Shown here: piece after piece, positions 9,228 through 18,024 of the stretch
Position numbering within the stretch: the stretch's first letter is position 1
How the letters are laid out: each line of letters begins with the position of its first letter
Assembly (NCBI GenBank): GCA_900769995.1
Contig: CAAGIT010000161.1
Span: 1 to 41,224, forward strand
DNA length: 41,224 nt
Direction: 5' to 3'
Origin: an uncultured Oscillospiraceae bacterium
Lineage (GTDB): Bacteria; Bacillota; Clostridia; Oscillospirales; Oscillospiraceae
Notes under the pieces: generated by a model
The model's database searches: none
The model's input: the letters and a program-made list of their open reading frames with translations, nothing else
Told to the model about the DNA's origin: nothing
Position numbers and translations under genes: made by a program

Positions 9228-9425
9228 TTACTTGTACGGGATCATCTTCTTGATGGTCTCGACGTTGGTGACATCTGCGTAGGTCGTGCTTCTCAGACGA
9301 CGGCCGCGCTTGGTGTCCTTCTTGGTGAGGATATGGCTCTTGAATGCGTGTGCTCTCTTGACCTTGCCGGTCTTGGTGAGATTGAATCTCTTCTTGGCAC
9401 CGCTATGGGTTTTCAGTTTCGGCAT
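9228..9425 (-). CDS. rpmI: 50S ribosomal protein L35
   Basis: [14 protein letters not shown]...HILTKK; lies between infC and rplT. Confidence 0.99.
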   Translation of the reverse strand: MPKLKTHSGAKKRFNLTKTGKVKRAHAFKSHILTKKDTKRGRRLRSTTYADVTNVETIKKMIPYK

Positions 9426-9443
9426 GGTAGTTCTCCTTTGTTA

Positions 9444-9962
9444 TTATTTTGCGTTCTTCGGCGACAGGAAAATCGACATATGTCTGCCGTCGAGCTTGGG
9501 TTTCTTTTCCATCGTGCCTGCCTCGGCACAACCTTCGCCAAATCGAATCAAAAGCTGCTCGCCGATTTCGGTATGTGCCATCTCACGGCCGCGGAAGCGC
9601 ACAGTGACCTTCACACGGTTGCCTTCCTTGAGGAACTTGACCGCGTTACGCATTTTGGTATTGAGGTCGTTGGTGTCGATGCCGGGGGACATACGAATCT
9701 CCTTGATCTCGACAACACGCTGGTTTTTCTTTGCTTCCTTTTCACGTTTGAGCTGGTCGAAGCGGAACTTTCCGTAGTCCATGATCTTGCAGACAGGCGG
9801 AACGGCGTTCGGAGAGATCTTGACGAGGTCAAGCTCCTGTTCCTCAGCCATTTGCAGAGCCGCAGCGGACGTAACGATTCCGAGCATTGCGCCGTCAGAA
9901 CCGATCAGACGAATTTCCTTGTCCCGAATTTCTTCGTTGAGCTGATGATCTAATTTGCCGAT
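9444..9962 (-). CDS. infC: Translation initiation factor IF-3, probable ATC start
   Basis: PPVCKIMDYGKF, KEIRM and FRGRE motifs. GGAGGT lies 9 nt before an in-frame ATC at 9962-9960. Confidence 0.95.
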   Translation of the reverse strand: MGKLDHQLNEEIRDKEIRLIGSDGAMLGIVTSAAALQMAEEQELDLVKISPNAVPPVCKIMDYGKFRFDQLKREKEAKKNQRVVEIKEIRMSPGIDTNDLNTKMRNAVKFLKEGNRVKVTVRFRGREMAHTEIGEQLLIRFGEGCAEAGTMEKKPKLDGRHMSIFLSPKNAK

Positions 9963-9984
9963 GGTAAAGCACCTCCATTTACAC

Positions 9985-10100
9985 GACAAAAATGCGGATG
10001 CCAACAGCACCCGCAACCGAAATACGCACAGTTATCGTGCGATAAGCTTCGATATCCAACCTCTTTGCCGAAGCGTGAGGTGAGGACGGGGCTGCCGACC
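9985..10100 (-). promoter_or_regulatory. L20 leader (ribosomal-protein autoregulatory RNA); boundaries approximate
   Basis: Upstream of infC-rpmI-rplT: GCAGCCCCGUCCUCACCU...AGAGGU...GGUUGCGGGUGC-GCAUCCGCA-UUUUU resembles the Firmicute L20 leader and ends in a terminator. Confidence 0.75.
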
Positions 10101-10119
10101 TTCTTTGTTTTGCCGAATT

Positions 10120-10148
10120 AGTATAACATCTGTTTACAAGAATGTCAA
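10120..10148 (-). promoter_or_regulatory. SigA promoter of the infC operon
   Basis: TTGACA-17 nt-TATACT with an extended TG. Confidence 0.8.
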
Positions 10149-10273
10149 GCACTTTTTACGAACTTTTTCTGCAATTTTTCTTTTCAAATCGCCAAAAATG
10201 TGCTATGATAGGGGAGTAATTCGTCGCGTTCAGCGATTGCAACACAAATTCACTGCTTGAATGGAGCTTAATT

Positions 10274-11068
10274 ATGGAAAAAATGATTGCACTGCTTGCG
10301 GCATTGGTGCTGGTGTTTGCACTGGCCGGCTGCGGAAGCGACCCCGAACCAACGACCGAAACCACCACAGAACCGACTTCGACTGAACCGAGCACAACGG
10401 AAGCACCGACAGAAACCACGGAGGAGTCTTCGACCGCGTTGCCGACCGAGAGCACGGAGCCGGAGCAGGAGCTTTTTACGATCGAACAGACCTCTGTACA
10501 GACCTACCGCGACAGCATGGGCACGGTTTGGGCAATGGCGATCGCGGAGATTCGCAACACGGGGGATACACCGCTGGATCTCGCAACTGCCGACATGACG
10601 CTGACGGCAGGCGGGGAGACGATTGCGGCATTGGATTTTGTCAGCGCCTATCCGCAGGTCATCCTGCCCGGGACGAGCGGTTATTATTATGAGGTCACGG
10701 AATTGGATATCCTTGATACGACGAAGCTGGAGCTTGCGGTTGAGCCGCATATTGCGGAGCAAGCGGCTGCCTGTGAGTATTACAATGTTTCGGAACAGCG
10801 ATTGCAAAACGCTCCCTACGGGGGCTTGACCTTTAGCGGCAAGGTAAAAAATTCAACAAGCACCGATGGCGCAATGGTCTGTATTGCTGCGTTGCTTTTG
10901 GGGGAAGAAGGCAATGTTTTGGGTATTATGTCAACCTACTTGCCTTCTGCACTCGCGGCAGGTGCGGAATCGGAATTTTCGATGGACAGCTTTATGCTGC
11001 CGGAAGAGCTGACGGCAGAGGATGTGGCTGAGATTACGGTCTATGCCTATCCGATCTCGCTGTACTGA
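10274..11068 (+). CDS. Lipoprotein with T/E/P linker and FxLYD-like beta-sandwich domains
   Basis: Lipobox LAGC, low-complexity linker, and C-terminal GKVKN...ALLLGEEGNVLG resembling FxLYD domains. Confidence 0.65.
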   Translation: MEKMIALLAALVLVFALAGCGSDPEPTTETTTEPTSTEPSTTEAPTETTEESSTALPTESTEPEQELFTIEQTSVQTYRDSMGTVWAMAIAEIRNTGDTPLDLATADMTLTAGGETIAALDFVSAYPQVILPGTSGYYYEVTELDILDTTKLELAVEPHIAEQAAACEYYNVSEQRLQNAPYGGLTFSGKVKNSTSTDGAMVCIAALLLGEEGNVLGIMSTYLPSALAAGAESEFSMDSFMLPEELTAEDVAEITVYAYPISLY

Positions 11069-11086
11069 CAGACCACGAGAGAGAGG

Positions 11087-11857
11087 ATGAGATCCATGAA
11101 GAACGGGCCGGTTGCGGTGTTTGATTCCGGCTTGGGCGGACTCAGCGTGCTGCGGGAATTGGTGCGGCAGATGCCAAACGAGGACTTTCTCTATTTTGGC
11201 GATTCTGCCAACGCACCGTATGGGTCGCGTGAGACAGAGGAGATCCGCCGATTGACCCTGTGCCATGCGGACAGGCTGTTCCGTGAGGGTGCAAAGGCGT
11301 TGGTCGTTGCCTGCAATACCGCGACCTCGGCGGCGATTGATGCACTGCGGGCACGTTACCCCGAACGCATTATTATCGGCATCGAGCCGGCTTTGAAGCC
11401 TGCTGTCGATCGGCATCCGAAGGGGAAAATTTTGGTCATGGCAACAGAGGCGACCCTGCGTGAGCAGAAATTCGCCGCATTGATGGGCAAATATGCCGAG
11501 GACTGCACCATCTGCAAATGCCCGTGTCCTGCACTGGTGGAGTTTGTCGAACGCGGTGAATTGGAAAGCGCCGCCTTGGATGCCTGCCTGCGTGAGAGCT
11601 TAGCGGAGCACCTTGTACCGGCACCGGACGCGGTCGTTTTGGGCTGTACGCATTTTCCGTTTCTGCGAAATGCGATCCGCGAGGTCGTCGGGGAATTTCC
11701 TGAAATCCTCGATGGTGCGGACGGCACGGCAAAGGAAACGAAACGCCGTTTGACAGAGGCGGGATTACGGAAAGAAAACGGAAACGGCTCCATTACAATG
11801 ACTAACAGCCGTCCCGACCTGCTGCCTCTGTGTGAAGCCTTGATGGAAAAGCTTTAA
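11087..11857 (+). CDS. murI: Glutamate racemase (start could be 11096)
   Basis: FDSGLGGLSV, VACNTA and LGCTHF catalytic motifs. Confidence 0.97.
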   Translation: MRSMKNGPVAVFDSGLGGLSVLRELVRQMPNEDFLYFGDSANAPYGSRETEEIRRLTLCHADRLFREGAKALVVACNTATSAAIDALRARYPERIIIGIEPALKPAVDRHPKGKILVMATEATLREQKFAALMGKYAEDCTICKCPCPALVEFVERGELESAALDACLRESLAEHLVPAPDAVVLGCTHFPFLRNAIREVVGEFPEILDGADGTAKETKRRLTEAGLRKENGNGSITMTNSRPDLLPLCEALMEKL

Positions 11858-12047
11858 TATATCGACCGGCGGCAGAACGTGCATGGGATGGAATACTGCC
11901 TCTTTTCTTGCGGGAGCGGAGAAATTCCGGTTGAAAAAGACAAAACTATTGATATAATGAACGCAGGCGCCAATGAAAAACAACGCCGCAGATCGAACAA
12001 AATGCGGCGGTGTTTTCGAAGTTCTTGCAGATACGGGGGTATTTGAT

Positions 12048-13010
12048 ATGATTGTTTCAATTTTGCTGTTTGCGCTGGGGCTTGTGCTGCTGATTAAAGG
12101 CGGCGATTGGTTTGTGGACGGTGCCACAGGTCTGGCACGTCGATTCCATCTGCCGGATATCATTGTGGGTGCAACCGTTGTATCTATCGGCACGACACTG
12201 CCGGAGGTGATGGTCTCCACCACCGGTGCGTTGGCCGGTCAAGGTGCGATGGCCTACGGCAATGCCATCGGCTCGATCATCTGCAACACCGCTTTGATTG
12301 CTGCGATCTCCGTAGCCTTTAATCCCGGCAAGGTAAACGTAAAGACGATGAAAGTCCCCGTGATTTTCTTCTTCAGTTCCGCTGCACTGTACTGCGTTGC
12401 GGCATATTTGCTTGGATATTTCCCGCGGTGGATGGGCTTTGCGATGCTGGCGATCTTCGTCGCCTATATCATTATCAATGTCCGACAGGGGTTGAAGAAT
12501 CCGGAAGAAGCAGAGCATGAGGATGAGGTCAAATCCCGTCCTCTTTGGATGGAACTCTTACTGCTGGTCGTGGGTGCGGCGCTGATTGCTGTCGGCGCGG
12601 ATCTGCTGGTAGACCACGGCACCATCATCGCACAGGAATTGGGTGTACCGGAGACGGTCATTGCGCTGACCTTCGTGGCACTGGGCACTTCTCTGCCGGA
12701 GCTGGTCACGACCATCACCGCCCTGAAAAAGGGTCATGCCTCGTTGGGCATCGGCAACGTGATCGGCGCGAACGTGTTCAATTTGGTACTGGTGTCCGGT
12801 GTATCTGTCACCTTGGCGCCCTTTGAAGTGCCGGTGGGCAAGCTGCTGATGGGGCATAATGCCTCGCTGGTGCTGGATATTCCGCTGATGCTGGCGGTCA
12901 TGCTGCTGCTGACCGTTCCGGCACTGCTGCGGAAGAAGCTCAGCCGTTGGCAGGGTATCGTGCTGCTGTGCGTTTATGCGGCGTTCTGCACGGTTCAGTT
13001 CTTTGTATGA
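12048..13010 (+). CDS. Calcium/sodium antiporter (CaCA, YrbG-like)
   Basis: Two alpha repeats, GTTLPE and GTSLPE, plus GNAIGS and GNVIGAN. Start at ATG 12048 after GGGGG. Confidence 0.92.
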   Translation: MIVSILLFALGLVLLIKGGDWFVDGATGLARRFHLPDIIVGATVVSIGTTLPEVMVSTTGALAGQGAMAYGNAIGSIICNTALIAAISVAFNPGKVNVKTMKVPVIFFFSSAALYCVAAYLLGYFPRWMGFAMLAIFVAYIIINVRQGLKNPEEAEHEDEVKSRPLWMELLLLVVGAALIAVGADLLVDHGTIIAQELGVPETVIALTFVALGTSLPELVTTITALKKGHASLGIGNVIGANVFNLVLVSGVSVTLAPFEVPVGKLLMGHNASLVLDIPLMLAVMLLLTVPALLRKKLSRWQGIVLLCVYAAFCTVQFFV

Positions 13011-13015
13011 TGCAA

Positions 13016-13058
13016 AAACCGCCAATCGTCAAAGCGTGACGATTGGCGGTCTTTTTTT
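13016..13058. terminator. Bidirectional terminator between convergent genes
   Basis: ACCGCCAATCGTCA/TGACGATTGGCGGT stem with A and T runs on either side. Confidence 0.85.
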
Positions 13059-13974
13059 ATATGTCGTAAATTCCCAGAATCACAATGCCTACCACAACGA
13101 GCGCGATCATGCTGTAATGCTTCCAGGAAAGCTTTTCTTTCAGGAACAGACGGCTCCAAAGCACCGAGACAACGCAGTATGCGGAGATGATCGGCGCGGA
13201 GAACATGACGTGTTCTTCGTCAGCCAGAGCGTAGATGTAGAAGAGCTGACCGACTGTTTCAAAAGCGGCGGCAACATACTTCGGAGTTTCCGTTTTGACG
13301 GTGAATTTTTCTCTGCGGATGAGCAGATAAATGAGGCAGCCAAGACCTGCGGCAAGGAACGTCAGCTCATATGCGACATTGGCGGAATCCTCGTTGAGTG
13401 TTTCTAGAACCAGCGAATCTGCAAATGTGCCGGCGGCATCGAGCAAGCAGTAGGCAATCGGCAGACACAGTGCAAGCCAGCTTTTGGCGTACTTTCGGTT
13501 GGCTTTTTCCTGACGCTTGGCGCGAAGAACTTCATCCTCACGTGCTTCGACCACGCCCAGACCGATAACGCCTGCACAGACCAGACCGACTGCACACAGT
13601 ACGGGAATGGGATCCGCTTCAATCGCGGAGAGGCCGCCCGCGATGATGCAAAGAACGGCGACGACCGCACCGGAGGAATTGCAGATCGGGGAAGAAACCG
13701 ACAGCTCGATGTAACGCAGACCGACATAGCCGAGCGTCATCGAGAGAATGTACAGCAGGGAAACCGGCAGATACGTCCAAATGACGTCCAACGAGATTGC
13801 GACATCCTGGAAGAAAACCATATATGCCGCGTGCAGACCCATGACAATGCCGACGGCGGTGACCATTTTCAGATGAGCGGTTTTGTCTTTTTCCCGATAG
13901 CAGCCGAGCTTAGAGAACAGATCGGAGCCGCTCCAGCATAACAGTGCGATGATTGCGAACCAGAACCAATTCAT
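13057..13974 (-). CDS. EamA/DMT-family transporter
   Basis: About 10 TM helices in two repeats; C-terminal FLKEKLSW pattern. Confidence 0.8.
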   Translation of the reverse strand: MNWFWFAIIALLCWSGSDLFSKLGCYREKDKTAHLKMVTAVGIVMGLHAAYMVFFQDVAISLDVIWTYLPVSLLYILSMTLGYVGLRYIELSVSSPICNSSGAVVAVLCIIAGGLSAIEADPIPVLCAVGLVCAGVIGLGVVEAREDEVLRAKRQEKANRKYAKSWLALCLPIAYCLLDAAGTFADSLVLETLNEDSANVAYELTFLAAGLGCLIYLLIRREKFTVKTETPKYVAAAFETVGQLFYIYALADEEHVMFSAPIISAYCVVSVLWSRLFLKEKLSWKHYSMIALVVVGIVILGIYDI

Positions 13975-13977
13975 AAT

Positions 13978-15261
13978 TTATACCTCTCTAATATTTGCCA
14001 AATTTTTATCGACCAGCTTTTGCAGCGAAAGCAGTATGCCGAGTTTTGCGTGATACCACGTCAGACCGCCCTGAAAATAGACGGCGTACGGCTCACGGAT
14101 CGGGCCGTCGGCGGAAAGCTCGATGGACGAGCCTTGCACAAACGCACCGGCAGCCATAATGACCTCATCCTCGTAGCCGGGCATCGCCCAGGGCAGGGGA
14201 TCGGCGTAGCTGTCAACGGGAGCGGCTGCCTGAATACCCTTGCAGAATGCGATCATGCCCTCACGGGACCCCAGCTCGACCGCCTGAATGATGTCGTGAC
14301 GGGATTCCGTGCTGTTCGGGACAACGCGGAAGCCGATACGCTCATAGAGGTTTGCTGCAAAGATCGCGCCCTTGAGTGCCGAGGCAACGACCGTGGGAGC
14401 AAGGAAGAAGCCCTGATAGAACGCGGGCATCAGACCGAGATTGGCACCGACCTCCTGCCCCAAGCCGGGTGCGGAGAGACGGTAGGCGCAGCGCTCGATC
14501 AAATCGCGTCTGCCGCAGATATAGCCGCCGATGGGAGCCAAACCGCCGCCGGGATTTTTGATCAGGCTGCCGACGATCATATCGGCTCCTACATCGCTCG
14601 GCTCGATGGTTTCCACAAACTCGCCGTAGCAGTTGTCCACCATGCAGATGATATCGGGCTTCAGGGACTTCAAAAATGCAATCAGCTCACCGATCTGCTT
14701 GACGGAAAAGGTCGGACGGGTCGCATAGCCCTTGCTGCGCTGGATCGTTGCAAGCTTGGTTTTCTCGTTCACGGCGGCACGGATGGCATCGTAATCGAAG
14801 CTGCCGTCCGGCTTCAAATCCGCCTGACGATAGCTGACACCGTATTCCCTCAGAGAGCACTTGGACTCGCGGATACCAATGACCTCCTCGAGCGTATCGT
14901 AGGGCGCGCCGACAGGGGAGAGCAGCTCATCTCCGGGCAGAAGGTTGGCAGACAGGGCAACGGTCAGAGCGTGCGTACCGCAGGTGATCTGCGGACGAAC
15001 CAGAGCCGCCTCCGTGTGGAAGGTGTCTGCGTAGACCCGTTCCAGATTGTCGCGGCCGACATCGTCATAGCCGTAGCCGGTGGTCGCCGCGAAGCAGGAC
15101 GCGTTGACGCGGTTTTTCTGCATTGCCGCGATGACCTTTGCCTGATTATACTCCGCTACGGCATCTACCGCACGGAAGCGTTCCTCCAATTCCTTCAAAA
15201 CACGCTCGCCGTAGGCATAGACGCTCTCGCTTACGCCGAGCTGCTTATACATCTGTTCCAT
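13978..15261 (-). CDS. YnbB-like PLP enzyme (methionine gamma-lyase / aluminium-resistance family)
   Basis: TTGYGYDD, GTHA, QRSKGY, VDNCYGEF, GSLIKNPGGG (PLP Lys) and SIELSADGP. GAGGAG RBS before ATG 15261. Confidence 0.9.
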   Translation of the reverse strand: MEQMYKQLGVSESVYAYGERVLKELEERFRAVDAVAEYNQAKVIAAMQKNRVNASCFAATTGYGYDDVGRDNLERVYADTFHTEAALVRPQITCGTHALTVALSANLLPGDELLSPVGAPYDTLEEVIGIRESKCSLREYGVSYRQADLKPDGSFDYDAIRAAVNEKTKLATIQRSKGYATRPTFSVKQIGELIAFLKSLKPDIICMVDNCYGEFVETIEPSDVGADMIVGSLIKNPGGGLAPIGGYICGRRDLIERCAYRLSAPGLGQEVGANLGLMPAFYQGFFLAPTVVASALKGAIFAANLYERIGFRVVPNSTESRHDIIQAVELGSREGMIAFCKGIQAAAPVDSYADPLPWAMPGYEDEVIMAAGAFVQGSSIELSADGPIREPYAVYFQGGLTWYHAKLGILLSLQKLVDKNLANIREV

Positions 15262-15508
15262 TGTCTCTCTCCTCATCCAGATTGCGGAAGATTTTCTGTG
15301 CAACATCGTGCAAAACCTCCGGCTTTGTGACCAAAATGCCGTTTTCCTCATCGCCGAGGATCAGCAGGGTGTCACCTGCGCGAATCCCAAACAGCTCACG
15401 GGCTTCTTTCGGTATGACGATTTGTCCGCGTTCGCCGACCTTCGCCGTGCCGAAAATATGCCGTCCGCGTGCCCTGCCGAGAAGGTGTTTTCCGCCTGCC
15501 ATCGGCAC
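15245..15508 (-). CDS. AbrB/MazE/SpoVT-family DNA-binding protein
   Basis: KVGERGQIVIPKEARELFGIRAGDTL signature; GGAGG RBS upstream. Confidence 0.88.
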   Translation of the reverse strand: MPMAGGKHLLGRARGRHIFGTAKVGERGQIVIPKEARELFGIRAGDTLLILGDEENGILVTKPEVLHDVAQKIFRNLDEERDNGTDV

Positions 15509-15549
15509 ATTCCCTCCTACTTTTCATATTTGTGTGATTTTCGACAGTT

Positions 15550-15578
15550 ATTGTACTGCCAAAGGCAACCGTTGTCAA
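15550..15578 (-). promoter_or_regulatory. SigA promoter of the AbrB-YnbB-EamA operon
   Basis: TTGACA-17 nt-TACAAT on the minus strand. Confidence 0.7.
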
Positions 15579-15616
15579 GGGAAAAATAAAAAATAACTGC
15601 TGTCAAGTTTTTTCTC

Positions 15617-15645
15617 TTGACAATCGGGGAAAAGTATTGTACAAT
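15617..15645 (+). promoter_or_regulatory. SigA promoter of ylxM-ffh
   Basis: TTGACA-17 nt-TACAAT. Confidence 0.75.
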
Positions 15646-15675
15646 ACGTCGGTAACGTGCAAAGGAGGCAGTGAG

Positions 15676-16041
15676 ATGAAACAGGAAGCCTTTACCATGT
15701 CACTTTTGCTCGACTATTACGGCGGCCTGCTGACGCAGAAGCAGAAAACCTATTTTGATCTCTACTACAATCAGGATTTGTCCCTTGCGGAGATCGCGGA
15801 GCAGGAGGGCATCTCCCGTCAGGGTGTGCACGATGCCATCTCCCGCACAGAGGCGATTTTGCGCGACATGGAGCGCAAGACCGGCTGTGTGGCACTGGCA
15901 GAACGCATCCGCAAGGCGAAGGAGGAGATCACTGCCGCATTGCTGCCGTTGCGTAATCACCAAGACCCTACCGTGCGGAGGAGTGCCGAGCGCATTTCCG
16001 CCGCTGTTGATACCCTAGAAGGAGAAAGCTATGGCATTTGA
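15676..16041 (+). CDS. ylxM: YlxM-family HTH protein
   Basis: LLDYYGGLLT.KQ...YY.QDLSLAEIAE...ISRQGVHD; immediately upstream of ffh; AAGGAGG RBS. Confidence 0.9.
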   Translation: MKQEAFTMSLLLDYYGGLLTQKQKTYFDLYYNQDLSLAEIAEQEGISRQGVHDAISRTEAILRDMERKTGCVALAERIRKAKEEITAALLPLRNHQDPTVRRSAERISAAVDTLEGESYGI

Positions 16042-17371
16042 AGGCTTGACTGCAAAACTCAACGCTGCGTTTAAGAAGCTGCGCGGCAAGGGACGTCTGT
16101 CCGAGTCCGACATCAAGGAAGCCATGCGTGAGATCCGTCTGGCACTGCTCGAGGCGGATGTCAGCTATAAGGTCGTCAAGGATTTCGTCAAATCCGTGTC
16201 CGAACGCTGTGTCGGTCGGGATGTGATGGAGAGCCTGACGCCCGCACAGATGATCGTCAAGATCGTCAATGAAGAGCTGATCGCCCTGATGGGCAGTGAG
16301 AATCAGAGAATTGCCACCTCGCCCAAGTCCCCGACGGTTGTTATGCTGGTCGGTCTGCAGGGCGCGGGCAAAACCACCAACGGCGCAAAGCTTGCCGGTT
16401 TGTTTAAGAAGCAGGGCAAGCGCCCGCTGCTCGTTGCCTGTGACATCTACCGTCCGGCGGCGATCAAGCAGTTGGAGGTCGTCGGCGGTCAGTTGGGGAT
16501 CCCTGTGTTCCAAATGGGGCAGGAAAACCCCGTCAAGATCGCAAAGGCTGCCATTCGCCATGCCCAGCAGCACGGCAATGACATCGTATTTCTCGATACC
16601 GCCGGCCGTCTGCACATCGACGAAACGCTGATGAACGAGCTGAAGGCAGTCAAGGCGGAGGTCAAGCCGGATGAGATTCTGCTGGTCGTTGACGCGATGA
16701 CCGGTCAGGATGCGGTGAATGCCGCCCAGTCGTTCAATGAGTGGCTGGATATTGACGGTGTGATGCTTACCAAGCTCGACGGCGATGCCCGCGGCGGTGC
16801 AGCCCTGTCTGTTAAGGCAGTCACAGGCAAGCCCATCAAGTTCATCGGCACCGGCGAAAAGCTCGACATGATCGAGCCGTTCCACCCCGAGCGCATGGCA
16901 TCGCGTATCCTCGGCATGGGCGATGTGCTGACGCTGATCGAAAAGGCAGAGCAAGCCCTCGATCAGAAGAAGGCCATGGAGCTGGAGCAGAAGCTGCGCC
17001 AAAACAAGTTCACTCTCGCCGATTTCTATGACCAGTTGGTTCAGATCAAGTCCATGGGCTCCATGCAGGAGCTGCTCGGTATGCTGCCGGGTATGGGTGC
17101 GCTGAAAAATGTACAGGTCGATGAAAACGCAACGACCCGCGTTGAGGCGATCATCCTGTCGATGACCCCCTATGAGCGCGAGAATCCCTCTTGCCTCAAC
17201 TCCTCGCGTAAGCGCCGGATTGCCCTCGGCTGCGGACAGAAGGTCGAGGATGTCAACCGTCTGCTCAAGCAGTTCGATCAGATGCAGCAGATGATGAAGC
17301 AGATGAACGGCAAGGGCAAAAAGCGTAAGATGTTCGGAAAAATGGGCTTCCCCGGAATGCCCGGGATGTAA
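16031..17371 (+). CDS. ffh: Signal recognition particle protein
   Basis: GLQGAGKTT, DTAGR and TKLDGDARGG motifs; Met-rich C-terminal M domain. Confidence 0.99.
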   Translation: MAFEGLTAKLNAAFKKLRGKGRLSESDIKEAMREIRLALLEADVSYKVVKDFVKSVSERCVGRDVMESLTPAQMIVKIVNEELIALMGSENQRIATSPKSPTVVMLVGLQGAGKTTNGAKLAGLFKKQGKRPLLVACDIYRPAAIKQLEVVGGQLGIPVFQMGQENPVKIAKAAIRHAQQHGNDIVFLDTAGRLHIDETLMNELKAVKAEVKPDEILLVVDAMTGQDAVNAAQSFNEWLDIDGVMLTKLDGDARGGAALSVKAVTGKPIKFIGTGEKLDMIEPFHPERMASRILGMGDVLTLIEKAEQALDQKKAMELEQKLRQNKFTLADFYDQLVQIKSMGSMQELLGMLPGMGALKNVQVDENATTRVEAIILSMTPYERENPSCLNSSRKRRIALGCGQKVEDVNRLLKQFDQMQQMMKQMNGKGKKRKMFGKMGFPGMPGM

Positions 17372-17453
17372 AACAGCAATCATCGGGCTTCTGCCCGACG
17401 ATATAAAACAATTTCGGTAAATCCGATACAAATTTTTTTGGAGGTGAAACCCC

Positions 17454-17693
17454 ATGGTTAAAATCAGACTGAGAAGAATGGGTGCGAAGAAGGCTCCTTA
17501 CTATCGCATCGTTGTTGCTGATTCCCGCAGCCCGCGTGACGGCCGCTGCATCGAAGAGATCGGCACCTACAATCCTCTGACTGAGCCGGCTACCATCACT
17601 GTCGATGCCGAGAAGGCACAGCAGTGGATCAAGAACGGCGCTCAGCCGACCGACACCGTGAAGGCTCTTTTGAAAAAGGCTAACGTGCTTTAA
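17454..17693 (+). CDS. rpsP: 30S ribosomal protein S16
   Basis: [30 protein letters not shown]. Confidence 0.99.
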   Translation: MVKIRLRRMGAKKAPYYRIVVADSRSPRDGRCIEEIGTYNPLTEPATITVDAEKAQQWIKNGAQPTDTVKALLKKANVL

Positions 17694-17711
17694 TCCGAAG
17701 GGAGTATTACG

Positions 17712-17942
17712 ATGAAGGAACTCTTGCTCTACGTGGCAAAACGGTTGGTCGATCATCCCGACGCGGTCACGGTTACGCAGAGAGAGGAAACTGACACAAC
17801 GGTTCTGGAGCTGCGCGTTGCCCCCGAAGATATGGGCAAGGTCATTGGCAGACAGGGCCGCATCGCAAAGGAAATCCGCACCGTTATCAAGGCTGTTGCA
17901 CAACGCGACGGCAAGCGCGTCACAGTCGATATTCTCGACTGA
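17712..17942 (+). CDS. khpA: KH-domain RNA-binding protein KhpA
   Basis: DMGKVIGRQGRIAKEIRT motif; follows rpsP. Confidence 0.93.
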   Translation: MKELLLYVAKRLVDHPDAVTVTQREETDTTVLELRVAPEDMGKVIGRQGRIAKEIRTVIKAVAQRDGKRVTVDILD

Positions 17943-17977
17943 ATATCGATCCTCAAATAGCGAGGTTTCCCCGCTAT

Positions 17978-18012
17978 CGAAAACGGCAGTGCTTCAGGCA
18001 CTGCCGTTTTCG
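17978..18012. terminator. Bidirectional terminator after khpA
   Basis: CGAAAACGGCAGTGC/GCACTGCCGTTTTCG 15-bp stem. Confidence 0.85.
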
Positions 18013-18024
18013 CGTTATTCAGGT

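Noticed and set aside
14020..17455. Long antisense ORFs (14020-15330, 15968-17455) and similar ones over thrS, ahcY, M42 and the 3D gene
   Set aside because: Each mirrors a well-supported gene on the other strand and shows no domain signal.
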